Origin: an uncultured Pseudomonadota bacterium
GTDB lineage: Bacteria > Pseudomonadota > Alphaproteobacteria > Rhizobiales > Xanthobacteraceae
Assembly (NCBI GenBank): GCA_963829785.1
Contig: CAWHJZ010000013.1
Location: forward strand, 65,377 to 129,376
DNA: 64,000 bases
Reading direction: 5' to 3'
This document shows positions 21,964 through 32,133 of the stretch, piece after piece (positions within the stretch are counted from its first letter, which is position 1; every line of letters begins with the position of its first letter). The translations under genes and the position numbers were made by a program. The notes under the pieces were generated by a model. It saw only the letters and a program-made list of their open reading frames with translations. It did no database searches and was not told the DNA's origin.

Positions 21964-23283
21964 TTACGGAACGACCTCGCCGTGCAGGTTGATATCGAGG
22001 CCCTCGATCTCGACCTGCTTGCTGACGCGCAGGCCGATCGTGGCATCGATCACCTTGAGGATGACGAAGCTCGCGACACCGGACCAGATGATGGTGGCCA
22101 GCGTGCCCAGGAACTGGATCCAGACCTGGTGGCCCATGGTCACGCCCTTGTCGAGGCCGACGCCGCCGAAGCTGCTGCTGATGAAGACGCCGGTCAGAAT
22201 GGCGCCGACAAAGCCGCCGACGCCGTGGACCCCGAAGGCATCCAGCGAGTCGTCATAGCCAAGCTTCGGCTTGAGCGTGGTCGCGGCCCAGGCGCAGATG
22301 ACGCCGGCGGCGATGCCGATGATCAGCGCACCCGTCGGGCCGACGAAGCCCGAGGCCGGGGTGATGGCGACGAGACCGGCGACGGCACCGGAGATGATGC
22401 CGAGAACGCTCGGCGTACCGCGGCCGATCCACTCGTAGAACATCCAGGCCAGAGCTGCAGCCGCCGTCGCGATCTGGGTGACGGCCATGGCCATGCCGGC
22501 GGTGCCGTCGGCAGCAAGCTCGGAACCGGCGTTGAAGCCGAACCAGCCGACCCACAGCAGCGAGGCGCCGATGAGGCTGTAGACCAGGTTGTGCGGCGCC
22601 ATGTTCTCGGTGCCGAAGCCCTCACGCTTGCCGAGGACGAGGGCGCAGACGAGGCCCGCGACACCGGCGTTGATGTGGACCACCGTGCCGCCAGCGAAAT
22701 CCTTGACGCCAAGGCCGCCGAGGAAGCCGCCGCCCCACACCCAATGGCAGATCGGGCTGTAGACGATGATGCTCCAAAGCCCCATGAACCAAAGCATGGC
22801 GGAGAATTTCATGCGGTCGGCAAAAGCGCCACAGATCAGCGCCGGGGTGATGATCGCGAAGGTCATCTGGAAGACCATGAAGACCGTTTCGGGGATCGTG
22901 CCGCTCAGCGAGTTGCCGGTCATGCCCTTGAGGAAGAAGCTCTGCAGGCCGCCGACATAGGCGTTCATGCCGCCGCCGTCCTTAAACGCCAGCGAGTAGC
23001 CGAGGATCATCCAGATCACCGTGATCAGGCAGGTGATGGCGAAGCTCTGCATCACGGTCGCCAGCACGTTCTTCTTGCGGACCATGCCGCCGTAGAACAG
23101 CGCCAGGCCGGGGATGGTCATCAGCAGCACCAGGGCGGTGGAGGTGAGCATCCAGGCGGTGTTGCCAGTGTCGAGCTTCGGCTTGGCCGCTTCCTGCGCG
23201 AACGCGCTGTCGGCGAACGTCAGGCCAATCGCAAGTGCGGCAAGCGCTAATAGCCCCGCACGCGAAAATTTCTTCAACGTCAT
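21964..23283 (-). CDS. amtB: Ammonium transporter (copy 1)
   Basis: PGLALFYGGMVRKKN, FQMTFAIIT, DFAGGTVVH, GWFGFNAGS, DDSLDAFGVHG. Confidence 0.96.
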   Translation of the reverse strand: MTLKKFSRAGLLALAALAIGLTFADSAFAQEAAKPKLDTGNTAWMLTSTALVLLMTIPGLALFYGGMVRKKNVLATVMQSFAITCLITVIWMILGYSLAFKDGGGMNAYVGGLQSFFLKGMTGNSLSGTIPETVFMVFQMTFAIITPALICGAFADRMKFSAMLWFMGLWSIIVYSPICHWVWGGGFLGGLGVKDFAGGTVVHINAGVAGLVCALVLGKREGFGTENMAPHNLVYSLIGASLLWVGWFGFNAGSELAADGTAGMAMAVTQIATAAAALAWMFYEWIGRGTPSVLGIISGAVAGLVAITPASGFVGPTGALIIGIAAGVICAWAATTLKPKLGYDDSLDAFGVHGVGGFVGAILTGVFISSSFGGVGLDKGVTMGHQVWIQFLGTLATIIWSGVASFVILKVIDATIGLRVSKQVEIEGLDINLHGEVVP

Positions 23284-23323
23284 GGTCTTTAACTCCTGTG
23301 CGTATCGTTTGCGCTGCGGGTCA

Positions 23324-23689
<366 letters not shown>

Positions 23690-23765
23690 TTACATTCACG
23701 CAGTGCGGGCGGGTCACTGAGCCATGCGCGCAAAGTCGCTTTTGCGAGCATGGCCGCCGTTAGGG

Positions 23766-23782
23766 AATCAAACACCGTGCCA
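23766..23782 (-). promoter_or_regulatory. Candidate sigma54 (-24/-12) promoter of glnK-amtB
   Basis: Minus strand TGGCACGGTGTTTGATT: exact -24 box, -12 box TTGA instead of TTGC. Confidence 0.55.
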
Positions 23783-23995
23783 GATGGCCGGCGGGCCGCT
23801 AGGCTGCTGATTCGATGGGCAAAATTTGGTGGACGCCGGCCTCACCCGAATACCGTCCCGGGTCCATGCTCAAAAAACCACCGATGCCGGAGCGGCCTGC
23901 ACAAAAATTAATCAGACAAGTGAACCAGGGATTGTGGGGTGCCCCGCCGGCCGCCAACGAGTGCCGGCGGCTGCCGGCGGGGCTGAAATCGCGCT

Positions 23996-25315
23996 CTACT
24001 GCAGCGCCTCGCCGTGCTGGCTGACGTCGAGACCCATGATCTCGTCCTCGTGGCGGACCCGGAGCGGGACCAAGGCGCCGACGACCTTGAGGATCACGAA
24101 GGTGAGCCCGCCGGTCCACACCAGGGTGACCAGGACGCCGTAGGCCTGCGCCAAGAGCTGCTGCGGGTTGCCCTCGAGCAGGCCGCGGACGCCGTTCGGG
24201 TCGCCCGCGCTCGCCGACACCGCGCCCACCGCCAGGACGCCCGCGAGCAGCGTGCCGGTGAGGCCGCCGATGCCGTGCACGCCGAATACGTCGAGCGAGT
24301 CGTCGTAGCCGCATTTGGTTTTGAGCCAGGTGCAGGCCCAGAAGCAGATGCCGCCGGCGATGACGCCGATCAGCACGCCTTCGATCGGCAATACGAAACC
24401 CGACGCCGGCGTAACGGTGCCGAGCCCCGCGATCGCGCCGGAGATCATGCCGAGCACCGACGGCTTGCCGCGTGTCCACCACTCCAGCGCCATCCAGGTG
24501 AAGGCGCCGGCGCTGGCCGCGAGATGGGTGGTGACGATGGCCGACACCGCGCGTCCGTTGGCGGCGAGCGCGGAGCCGCCGTTGAATCCGAACCAGCCGA
24601 CCCACAACAGGCCGGTGCCGATCACCGCCATGGTGAGATCGAACGGCGACAGGTTTTCATGGCCGTAGCCGTGGCGCTTGCCGATCACCATGGCCGCGAC
24701 CAGGCCGCCGGTGCCGGCGCTCAAGTGCACGACCAGGCCGCCGGCGAAATCGATGACGCCGTCGCGGGCGAGAAAGCCGCCGCCCCACACCCAATGCGCC
24801 AGCGGCACATAGACGAACAACAGCCACAACGTCGCGAACAAGAGGAACGCCGAGAAGCGCATGCGGTCCGCCACCGAACCGGCAACGAGCGCAACGGTGA
24901 TGACCGCGAAGGTCATCTGGTAGATCATGAACAGGCTTTCGGGGATGGTGCTGGCGAGCGGCGACACGCTGTTGATCGTCATGCCGCGCAGGAAAACCCG
25001 CGATAGCGTACCGATGTAAGCGCCGTCGCCGGTGAAGCTGAGCGAATAGCCGACAAACACCCACAGGATCGAGATCAGGAAGGTGGCCGCCAGACACTGA
25101 GCCATGGTGGCGAGCACGTTCTTCTTGCGCACCATGCCGGCGTAAAACAACGCGAGGCCGGGAATGGTCATCATCAACACCAGGCCGGTGGCGGCCATCA
25201 TCCAGGCGGTGTCGGCCGGATCGATCTTGCCGGCTTGCGCGAATGCCGGCGTGACGGTCAGTGTTGCAGTGACCGCCGCGATAGCGGTGACGAGGCGTTG
25301 ATGCGCCATTTTCAT
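23996..25315 (-). CDS. amtB: Ammonium transporter (copy 2)
   Basis: PGLALFYAGMVRKKN, DFAGGLVVH, GWFGFNGGS, DDSLDVFGVHG. Confidence 0.96.
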   Translation of the reverse strand: MKMAHQRLVTAIAAVTATLTVTPAFAQAGKIDPADTAWMMAATGLVLMMTIPGLALFYAGMVRKKNVLATMAQCLAATFLISILWVFVGYSLSFTGDGAYIGTLSRVFLRGMTINSVSPLASTIPESLFMIYQMTFAVITVALVAGSVADRMRFSAFLLFATLWLLFVYVPLAHWVWGGGFLARDGVIDFAGGLVVHLSAGTGGLVAAMVIGKRHGYGHENLSPFDLTMAVIGTGLLWVGWFGFNGGSALAANGRAVSAIVTTHLAASAGAFTWMALEWWTRGKPSVLGMISGAIAGLGTVTPASGFVLPIEGVLIGVIAGGICFWACTWLKTKCGYDDSLDVFGVHGIGGLTGTLLAGVLAVGAVSASAGDPNGVRGLLEGNPQQLLAQAYGVLVTLVWTGGLTFVILKVVGALVPLRVRHEDEIMGLDVSQHGEALQ

Positions 25316-25446
25316 TTCATGATCCCCCCAGCAGGAATTTTGAAATCGAGATAGTTTGAACGAAGAGGTCTCTTGATCATCTGAAGGCGCGCGCGGAGCG
25401 CGCTTCAAAAAAACGATCGGCCGTCGCAGGGCGACGGCGAGACGTG

Positions 25447-25785
25447 CTAAAGCGCGGCGGTGTCGGTCTCGCCGGTGCGGATACGCACGGCTTGCTCGAT
25501 CGGCGTCACGAAGATCTTGCCGTCGCCGATCTGCCCGGTCTTGGCGGCGCCGGCGATGGCATCCACGACCTGGTCGAGGCGCGCGCTGTCGACCGCGATC
25601 TCCATGCGCACCTTGGGCAGGAAGTTCACGGCGTATTCGGCGCCGCGATAGATTTCCATGTGCCCCTTCTGGCGGCCGTAGCCTTTGACCTCGGCCACGG
25701 TCATGCCCTGGACGCCGATGCGGGTGAGGGCGTCGCGCACCTCGTCGAGCTTGAATGGTTTGATGACGGCGATGACGAGCTTCAT
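25447..25785 (-). CDS. glnK: PII nitrogen regulatory protein (copy 2)
   Basis: [16 protein letters not shown]...EIYRGAEY...GDGKIFV. Confidence 0.96.
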   Translation of the reverse strand: MKLVIAVIKPFKLDEVRDALTRIGVQGMTVAEVKGYGRQKGHMEIYRGAEYAVNFLPKVRMEIAVDSARLDQVVDAIAGAAKTGQIGDGKIFVTPIEQAVRIRTGETDTAAL

Positions 25786-25979
25786 GATTTCCTTCCCCCG
25801 GCGGGAAATGGCGTCGCTGCCGCGGCGCCTGGACAAGACGGAAAGCCCGCCCCGGCCAAAGCCGGCACGGGCTGCTTGTGCCTACTCTAAAGTCAAGCGG
25901 GCTACAAATTAAGCGGCCAAGTCGCCGCGCCCACAGGCAGACGCCGCAATTGTAGGCATTTTAGGTCAGTAATACTGCC

Positions 25980-26804
25980 TTATCGGCCATGGCCGATGGC
26001 CGAAAGCCCCAAGCTGTGGATCAGCCGCGGCAGCGCGCGGCGCACGCGGCGGCGGGTCATGCCGGGCTCGATGCGCGGGTCGTACAGGAGCGTGAGCAGG
26101 GCGCGGTCATACACGGTCAGGTAGCCGACCATGCGGTTCTGGTTGAGCGTGGTCCACGGGTTGCGCTGGTCGTGGTTGGACAGGCCGAAGGCGTGCAGCA
26201 GCTCGTGATAGGCGCAATCGAGAAACACGTCCTTGCCCTGGTCGACAATGATAAACGAGACCGAGTGCACGATGACGCCGTCGCTGTCGGACTTCACCGA
26301 GGTCATGCATTGCGGGTCTGTGCGCGCGATGAAGGTCTTGGTGATCCTGGCGCCGAAGGCGTCGCGCAGGGCCGAACGGAAATCCTTTTCATCGATCAGC
26401 CGCACGTCGATGTCGGCATCGGCTGGGTCGTACGCCAAGCTCAAGTGCAGGCCGGGCACCTTGCGCGCGTATTCTTCGATGACGCGCTGCATCGCCGCCA
26501 CGCGGTTGACGCTGCCGCCGGCCGTCACGCCGACGCGGATCGGACGATCGAAGCGGCGCACGCCGCGCGGTTTGGCGCCGATGCGCAAGTCGGAACCGAA
26601 GGCAAGCGCGAGGAAGCCGCGCTCCAGCTCGCGCGCGCTGAAGCGGGTGTACTGCCCCGGCGCGTTGTGAAAGGCGCCGGCCGGTGCCGGCTGTTTGCCG
26701 GAAGCGGCAAGCGATGACAGCGTCGGGAACAGCGATAGCGCGAGCGCCATGCCCGCGATGGCCGCAAGGTTCGTCGTTTGCGTTGGTGAGCGAAAACGTG
26801 TCAC
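25980..26804 (-). CDS. DUF2927-like exported protein with zincin-like motif
   Basis: Signal peptide; FLDCAYHELLHAFGLSNH; LTVYDRALLTLLYDPRIEPGM. Confidence 0.7.
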   Translation of the reverse strand: MTRFRSPTQTTNLAAIAGMALALSLFPTLSSLAASGKQPAPAGAFHNAPGQYTRFSARELERGFLALAFGSDLRIGAKPRGVRRFDRPIRVGVTAGGSVNRVAAMQRVIEEYARKVPGLHLSLAYDPADADIDVRLIDEKDFRSALRDAFGARITKTFIARTDPQCMTSVKSDSDGVIVHSVSFIIVDQGKDVFLDCAYHELLHAFGLSNHDQRNPWTTLNQNRMVGYLTVYDRALLTLLYDPRIEPGMTRRRVRRALPRLIHSLGLSAIGHGR

Positions 26805-26813
26805 CGCGAACGA

Positions 26814-27683
26814 TTACTCCCGCCGTTGGCGCACCAGGCCTTCCTGCGCAACCGAGGCGACCAGGGTGCCGTCACGGGTGAATATAAGGCCGCGCGAGAA
26901 GCCGCGCGAGCCGTGCAGATTGGGCGAATCCTGCGCGTAAAGCAGCCACTCGTCGGCGCGGAAGGGCCGGTGCAGCCACAGTGCATGGTCGAGGCTGGCC
27001 GCCATGAATTCCTTTTCGAACAGCGTGCGGCCGTGACGCATCAATGACGCATCGAGCAGCGTCAGATCGGAAGCATAGGCCAGCACGCATTGATGAATCG
27101 CAAGGTCGTCGGGCAGCGGGCCAATGGTGCGGAACCAGAGATGAAAATCGCCGTCGGGATATTTCTTGCCGGCATAGCGGTCGAATTCGACCGGCCGCAT
27201 TTCGATGGGGCGCTCGCGTTCGTAATACCGCCGCACCGACTCGGGCATGGTCGACAGCAGGTTCTTACGCATCTCCAATTCGTCGGGCAGGTCCTCGGGC
27301 GGCGTGACCTTCGGCATCTCGGCCTGATGATCGAGGCCTTCCTCATGGGTCTGGAAGGACACCAACATGGAAAAGATCGGATGGCCGTGCTGGCGCGCGG
27401 TCACGCTGCGGGTGGTGAAGCTCTTGCCGTCCCGGACCCGATCGACGTCGTAGATGATCGGCACCTTGGGATCGCCCGGCAGGATGAAATAGGCGTGCAT
27501 GGAATGCGGCGGCCTGGCCGCGTCGACGGTGCGTATGGCGGCGACCAGCGCCTGCGCGATCACTTGGCCGCCATAGACGCGCTGCCAACCGGTTTGTGGC
27601 GAGATGCCGCGAAACAAGTTCAAGTCGAGCGGCTCGAGGTCGAGAACGGTAAGCAGATCCTTGACGGCAGAGAACATGGGCAA
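26814..27683 (-). CDS. tesB: Acyl-CoA thioesterase II
   Basis: VYGGQVIAQAL, RDGKSFTTR, LAYASD, ASLDHALW, VASVAQEG. Confidence 0.95.
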   Translation of the reverse strand: MPMFSAVKDLLTVLDLEPLDLNLFRGISPQTGWQRVYGGQVIAQALVAAIRTVDAARPPHSMHAYFILPGDPKVPIIYDVDRVRDGKSFTTRSVTARQHGHPIFSMLVSFQTHEEGLDHQAEMPKVTPPEDLPDELEMRKNLLSTMPESVRRYYERERPIEMRPVEFDRYAGKKYPDGDFHLWFRTIGPLPDDLAIHQCVLAYASDLTLLDASLMRHGRTLFEKEFMAASLDHALWLHRPFRADEWLLYAQDSPNLHGSRGFSRGLIFTRDGTLVASVAQEGLVRQRRE

Positions 27684-27743
27684 TCCTTGAGCGATCCTTA
27701 GGCGACTTTAAGCGATCCTTGGGCGGTTCCTGAGCGGGATTTC
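27679..27743. repeat. Imperfect tandem ~11-bp repeat array (RGCGATCCTTR)
   Basis: ggcaatccttg/agcgatcctta/ggcgacttta/agcgatccttg/ggcggttcctg/agcgggatttc. Confidence 0.6.
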
Positions 27744-27878
27744 CGGTGGCAGGCTGCCGCCAATGACGCCGCTGCGTGCCGGCAAGTCAAGGTCGGGCTG
27801 GCCATACCACCCGCGCCGGCGGGGAGTGGCGGCGGCGGCCCCAACAAGTGCTATAAGCGCCCCTGGAAGGGTTTTGAG

Positions 27879-29108
27879 ATGGTGGACAAGGCCAAAAAAC
27901 GCGACGTGGTGATCGGCGGGGCGGGATTCGCCGGGCTGGCCCTGGCGATCGCGCTGCGTGAGGCGTTGGGCGCGGGTTTCACGGTGGCCGTCGCCGACCC
28001 CACGCTCAAAAACGAGAAATCCAAGGACCCGCGCGCTTCCGCCATCGCCGCCGCCGCGCGCCGGTTGTTCGACGCCATCGGCGTCTGGGATGCGGTCGCG
28101 CCGCAAGCGCAGCCGATCCTCGATATGGTGGTGACGGACTCGAAGCTCGACGACGCGGTGCGGCCGACCTTCCTCACCTTCGGCGGCGAGGTGGAAGAGG
28201 GCGAGCCGTTCGCGCACATGATCGAGAACCGGCTCCTGATCGACGCGCTGGTCGACAAGGCCAAGGCGCTCGGCATCGATCTGCGCGCCACCGCGGTGAC
28301 CGGCTTCGAGCATGTGCCGAATGCGATCGAGGTCACGCTCGCCGATGGCGAGACGCTCTCGGCCCGCCTGCTGGTCGGCGCCGACGGCGCGCGCTCATCG
28401 ATCCGCGAACAGGCCGGCATCGCCACGCACGGCTGGGATTACGACCAGTCGGCCATTGTCACCACGGTCGGCCACGAGCGCGACCACGAAGGCCGCGCCG
28501 AAGAACATTTCCTGCCGGCGGGGCCGTTCGCGATTTTGCCGCTGACCGGCAAACGCGCGTCGATCGTGTGGACCGAGAAACGGCGCGCGGCCGAACGCAT
28601 GGTGGCGTTGCCGGACGATGAATTCCACGACGAACTCGAGAAACGCTTCGGCCTGCATCTCGGCGACATCGAGGTGATCGGGCCGCGCCGCGCGTTTCCG
28701 CTCGGCCTGTTTACCGCGCGCTCGTTCATCGCCGAGCGGCTGGCGCTGGTGGGCGATGCCGCGCACATCATTCACCCCATCGCGGGGCAAGGCTTGAACA
28801 TGGGCCTGCGCGACGTCGCCGCCTTGGCGGAAGCGATCACCGATGCCGCGCGGCTCGGCCTCGACATCGGCGCGCCGGACGTCTTGGAGCGCTATCAGCG
28901 CTGGCGCCGCTTCGATACCGCGATGATGGGTGTCGCCACCGACGGCCTGAACCGCTTGTTCTCCAACCGCTCCGACGTGCTGCGGCTGATGCGCGATGTG
29001 GGCTTAGGTCTCGTCGAGCGCATGCCGGCGTTAAAGAACGTGTTCATCCGCGAGGCCGCGGGCTTCACCGGCGAGGTGCCGAAGCTGATGAAGGGCGAGG
29101 CGTTGTAG
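27879..29108 (+). CDS. Ubiquinone biosynthesis FAD-dependent hydroxylase (UbiH/COQ6 family)
   Basis: GGAGFAG, LVGADGARS, GDAAHIIHPIAGQGLNMGLRD. Confidence 0.92.
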   Translation: MVDKAKKRDVVIGGAGFAGLALAIALREALGAGFTVAVADPTLKNEKSKDPRASAIAAAARRLFDAIGVWDAVAPQAQPILDMVVTDSKLDDAVRPTFLTFGGEVEEGEPFAHMIENRLLIDALVDKAKALGIDLRATAVTGFEHVPNAIEVTLADGETLSARLLVGADGARSSIREQAGIATHGWDYDQSAIVTTVGHERDHEGRAEEHFLPAGPFAILPLTGKRASIVWTEKRRAAERMVALPDDEFHDELEKRFGLHLGDIEVIGPRRAFPLGLFTARSFIAERLALVGDAAHIIHPIAGQGLNMGLRDVAALAEAITDAARLGLDIGAPDVLERYQRWRRFDTAMMGVATDGLNRLFSNRSDVLRLMRDVGLGLVERMPALKNVFIREAAGFTGEVPKLMKGEAL

Positions 29109-29127
29109 ATTCAGCGTTTGCCGCGCA

Positions 29128-29285
29128 CTCGGCGTCATGCCCGGGCTTGACCCGGGCATCCATTCTGCGTCGCAGCCAGCATCAGTGCTACGAAAGACTT
29201 CCGCTATCGATGGTCTTCATGGATTGCCGGGGCATAGGCGTTCTGAAAGAACGCCGTTCTTCGAACGGCTATGCCCGGCAACGAC
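29128..29285. mobile_element. REPIN/MITE-like non-autonomous element with the same ends as the GIY-YIG cassette
   Basis: 29128-29163 is identical (36 nt) to the reverse complement of 43840-43875; 29220-29285 matches the reverse complement of 43496-43524 with a loop insert. Confidence 0.75.
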
Positions 29286-29303
29286 AGCGGAAAGACCGTG
29301 GCT

Positions 29304-29933
29304 TCACGACAACGGAATACTGCCGACGTGATCCTGGAACGCCTTGCGGCCGGAGATGGCCGCGTACCAGCGATCGAGGTGCGGTGTCGCCGGGCGATCC
29401 GGCACGAGCTGCATATAGCGATAGCACATGACGCCGACCGGGATGTCGCCATAAGAGAACGCGTCACCGGCGAGAAACTTGGTCTTCGCCAATTGCGCGT
29501 CCATGATCTGCATGGTGGCGGCGGTCTTGTCCTGCGCGGTCTTGATCGCGGCCATGTCGCGCTTTTCCGCTGGCGTGCGGATCAGTCCCCAGAACGCCGG
29601 CGTGATCGCGGGCCCCACCACCGACAACTGCCAGTCCATCCACTGGCTGGCGAGCGCGCGTTGCTTGGCGTCCTTCGGCTCCAGCACGCCCTTCTTGTCG
29701 TGCTTGCCGGCGAGATAACGCACAATGGAATTGGACTCCCACAGCAGGAAGCCGTCTTCTTCCTCCAGCGTCGGCACTAGGCCGTTCGGGTTCATCGCGA
29801 GGTAGGCCGGCTCCTTGTTCTTGCCGAATGCGCCGCCGACGTCGATACGCTCGTGTTCGAGACCGAGCTCGCCCACCGCCCACATCGCCTTTTGCACATT
29901 GGACGATGTGTTGCGGCCCCAGATTTTGATCAT
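29304..29933 (-). CDS. Glutathione S-transferase
   Basis: IWGRNTSSNVQK, MNPNGLVPTL, LWESNSIVRYL, FSYGDI. Confidence 0.93.
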   Translation of the reverse strand: MIKIWGRNTSSNVQKAMWAVGELGLEHERIDVGGAFGKNKEPAYLAMNPNGLVPTLEEEDGFLLWESNSIVRYLAGKHDKKGVLEPKDAKQRALASQWMDWQLSVVGPAITPAFWGLIRTPAEKRDMAAIKTAQDKTAATMQIMDAQLAKTKFLAGDAFSYGDIPVGVMCYRYMQLVPDRPATPHLDRWYAAISGRKAFQDHVGSIPLS

Positions 29934-29982
29934 TCCGTATTCTCCTTGCGCGGTACACTATGTTCCTGGTCGAATTCGAAGT

Positions 29983-30186
29983 TCACTCAAGCTTGCGCGC
30001 TTCCTCCGGCAGCATGATCGGAATGCCGTCGCGGATCGGATAGGCGAGCTTGGCCTTGCGCGAGATCAGCTCCTGCTTTTCGGCGTCGTATTCCAGCGTG
30101 CTCTTGGTGAGCGGGCAGACCAGGATTTCCAACAATTTGGGATCGACGCTGTTGGCGGGCCGTTCGGGCGGGGGAGGCGTGGTCAT
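29983..30186 (-). CDS. Trm112/UPF0434 family protein
   Basis: [14 protein letters not shown]...[13 protein letters not shown]. Confidence 0.92.
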   Translation of the reverse strand: MTTPPPPERPANSVDPKLLEILVCPLTKSTLEYDAEKQELISRKAKLAYPIRDGIPIMLPEEARKLE

Positions 30187-30275
30187 AACGGATGTTCCCG
30201 GCAATTTGTTGAATTATAGCATGGCTTCCGCCGTTGTCGTCCCGGCCTCGCTTCCGCGGGGACGATAGAAAAAAG

Positions 30276-30950
30276 CTACTGCAACTGCGGTTCGCCTTCG
30301 CTGTCTTTCTTGGCCAGTTCGATCTCGGTGATGGCGACCAGGATTTCGGCGCGGGTCTTCAGGTCGGGTGCTTCCAATAGCGCCTGTTTTTCGGCCGCGC
30401 CGTAAGGCGACATCATCGACAGCGCGTTGACCAGCGCCTCGTTGGGCGCGTTCTCGATGCCTTCCCAGTCGGCCTTGAGATCGTTCGCTTCGAGGAAATC
30501 GCGCAACGCCGCCAGCACCGCTTCGCGGTCGACTTCGTTCTCGCCCTTGCGCGCCACGAAGTCGTCGGCGAACGGCGCGTAGGTGACGCGGCATTGGCGG
30601 TAGGCGGTCTTGACCCGCAGTTCCTCTTCGACGCGGAAGCGGGCGATGCCGGTGAGTTCGATCAGGTAGCGGCCGTCGCCGCTCTCGGCCAGTTCGGTGA
30701 TGCGGCCGACGCAACCGATCGTGAACAGCGGCGGCGTGTCAGCGTCATCGGCGTGGACGGCGTCGGGCTGGATCATGCCGATCAGCCGGTGGCCGTCGCG
30801 CAACGCATCGTCGACCATGGCGAGATAGCGTGGTTCGAAAATGTTGAGCGGCATCTGCCCGCGCGGCAACAGCAGCGCGCCCGGCAGGGGAAACACCGGG
30901 ATCACCTCGGGCAGATCGATCGGCCCGCGATAGTGGGCGTTCATCGGCAT
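30276..30950 (-). CDS. LON peptidase substrate-binding domain protein
   Basis: PVFPLPGALLLP..LNIFEPRYLAM, GCVGRI, EKQALLEA. Confidence 0.92.
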   Translation of the reverse strand: MPMNAHYRGPIDLPEVIPVFPLPGALLLPRGQMPLNIFEPRYLAMVDDALRDGHRLIGMIQPDAVHADDADTPPLFTIGCVGRITELAESGDGRYLIELTGIARFRVEEELRVKTAYRQCRVTYAPFADDFVARKGENEVDREAVLAALRDFLEANDLKADWEGIENAPNEALVNALSMMSPYGAAEKQALLEAPDLKTRAEILVAITEIELAKKDSEGEPQLQ

Positions 30951-30991
30951 ACGTTGGCCCTCATGCTAACGAGCATCGGCGCCTAGCATTC

Positions 30992-31087
30992 TCCGCTCAT
31001 TCCCGCGCATAGCTCGCCGAACGGCGAGCGTCCGCTCGCCTATGCGGGAATCCAATCTGGGTCCCCGCTTGCGCGGGGACGAGCGGA
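30992..31087. repeat. REPIN-like doublet (TCAT-stem-ATCCA / TGGGT-stem-GAC)
   Basis: TCCGCTC...GAGCGGA termini; hairpins ATTCCCGC..GCGGGAAT (with nested insert) and GTCCCCGC..GCGGGGAC. Confidence 0.75.
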
Positions 31088-31094
31088 AAATGGC

Positions 31095-32000
31095 TCACGA
31101 AAACAAGACCGACGACAGCCGCTTGCGGCCTTCCACCGCCGCCGGGTCGTCGAAGCCCCAGGCTTCGAAGAACTGAACAAGCTGCTTGCGGGCGCCGTCA
31201 TCGTTCCATTTGCGGTCTTTCTTGACGATCGTCATCAGCTGCTCGACCGCTTCCGCGCGCTGGCCGTTGGCATTGAGCGCGGTGGCGAGATCGAAGCGCG
31301 CCTGATGGTCGTCCGGATTGGTGAGCACCTTGTGCTCCAGCTCGGCCAGCGGACCGACCGACTGCGCCTGCTCGGCAATCTCCAGGGCGGCGCGGGCGGC
31401 GGCCACCGACGCCTCGTTTTGCTTGGCTTCCGGCACCAGTGCCAGGGTCTGCTTGGCCTGCTCGAGCGCGCCGGTCTCGACATAGCAGCGGGCAAGGCCG
31501 GCGAGCGCGTGCACGTTGCCGGGCTCACCCGCCAGGATCTGGGCGTAGACCTCGGCGGCCTCCGCCGCTTTGCCCTCGACCAGGGCGGCGTCGGCGACCT
31601 CCAGCAGGTTCTGTTCCTCGGGGGCGAGCTTGCCTTTGGTCAGGCGCTCGAGGAATTCGACGACCTGGCTCTCCGGCAGGGCGCCCATGAAGCCGTCGAC
31701 CGGCTGGCCGTTGGAAAAGGCGATCACCGCGGGAATCGACTGGATACCCATCTGGCCGGGGATGGCCGGATGCTCGTCGATGTTCATCTTGGTGAGCTTG
31801 ACCTTGCCCTTGGCCGCCTTCACCACCTTTTCCAGCACGGGGGTCAGCTGCTTGCAGGGTCCGCACCAGGGCGCCCAGAAATCCACCAGCACCGGCTGCT
31901 GCTTGGATTCCTCGATGACGTCCTTCATGAAGCTCTGGGTGGTGACGTCCTTCACCACGTCAGCGGCCGCAGCCGTCAATTCCCCGCCGTTCTGCAGCAT
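31095..32000 (-). CDS. cnoX: Thioredoxin-TPR co-chaperone (CnoX/YbbN family)
   Basis: VDFWAPWCGPCK plus TPR C-terminus ending GRKRLSSVLFS. Confidence 0.9.
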   Translation of the reverse strand: MLQNGGELTAAAADVVKDVTTQSFMKDVIEESKQQPVLVDFWAPWCGPCKQLTPVLEKVVKAAKGKVKLTKMNIDEHPAIPGQMGIQSIPAVIAFSNGQPVDGFMGALPESQVVEFLERLTKGKLAPEEQNLLEVADAALVEGKAAEAAEVYAQILAGEPGNVHALAGLARCYVETGALEQAKQTLALVPEAKQNEASVAAARAALEIAEQAQSVGPLAELEHKVLTNPDDHQARFDLATALNANGQRAEAVEQLMTIVKKDRKWNDDGARKQLVQFFEAWGFDDPAAVEGRKRLSSVLFS

Positions 32001-32133
32001 ACTGTCCTCGCCTTTGCCGCCCGCAATACACGCGCATGATCCGGGTACGAAGAGGGGATCATGCGCCAGCGGGCGCGGTTTTTTAAGGGTTCCGTCTCGA
32101 TTAAATGGTCATCCGGCAGGGGATTGCAATCGT

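Noticed and set aside
27679-27743. CRISPR array (also considered for 33266-33317 and the dispersed palindromes)
   Set aside because: Units are about 11 bp with no unique spacers; no cas genes
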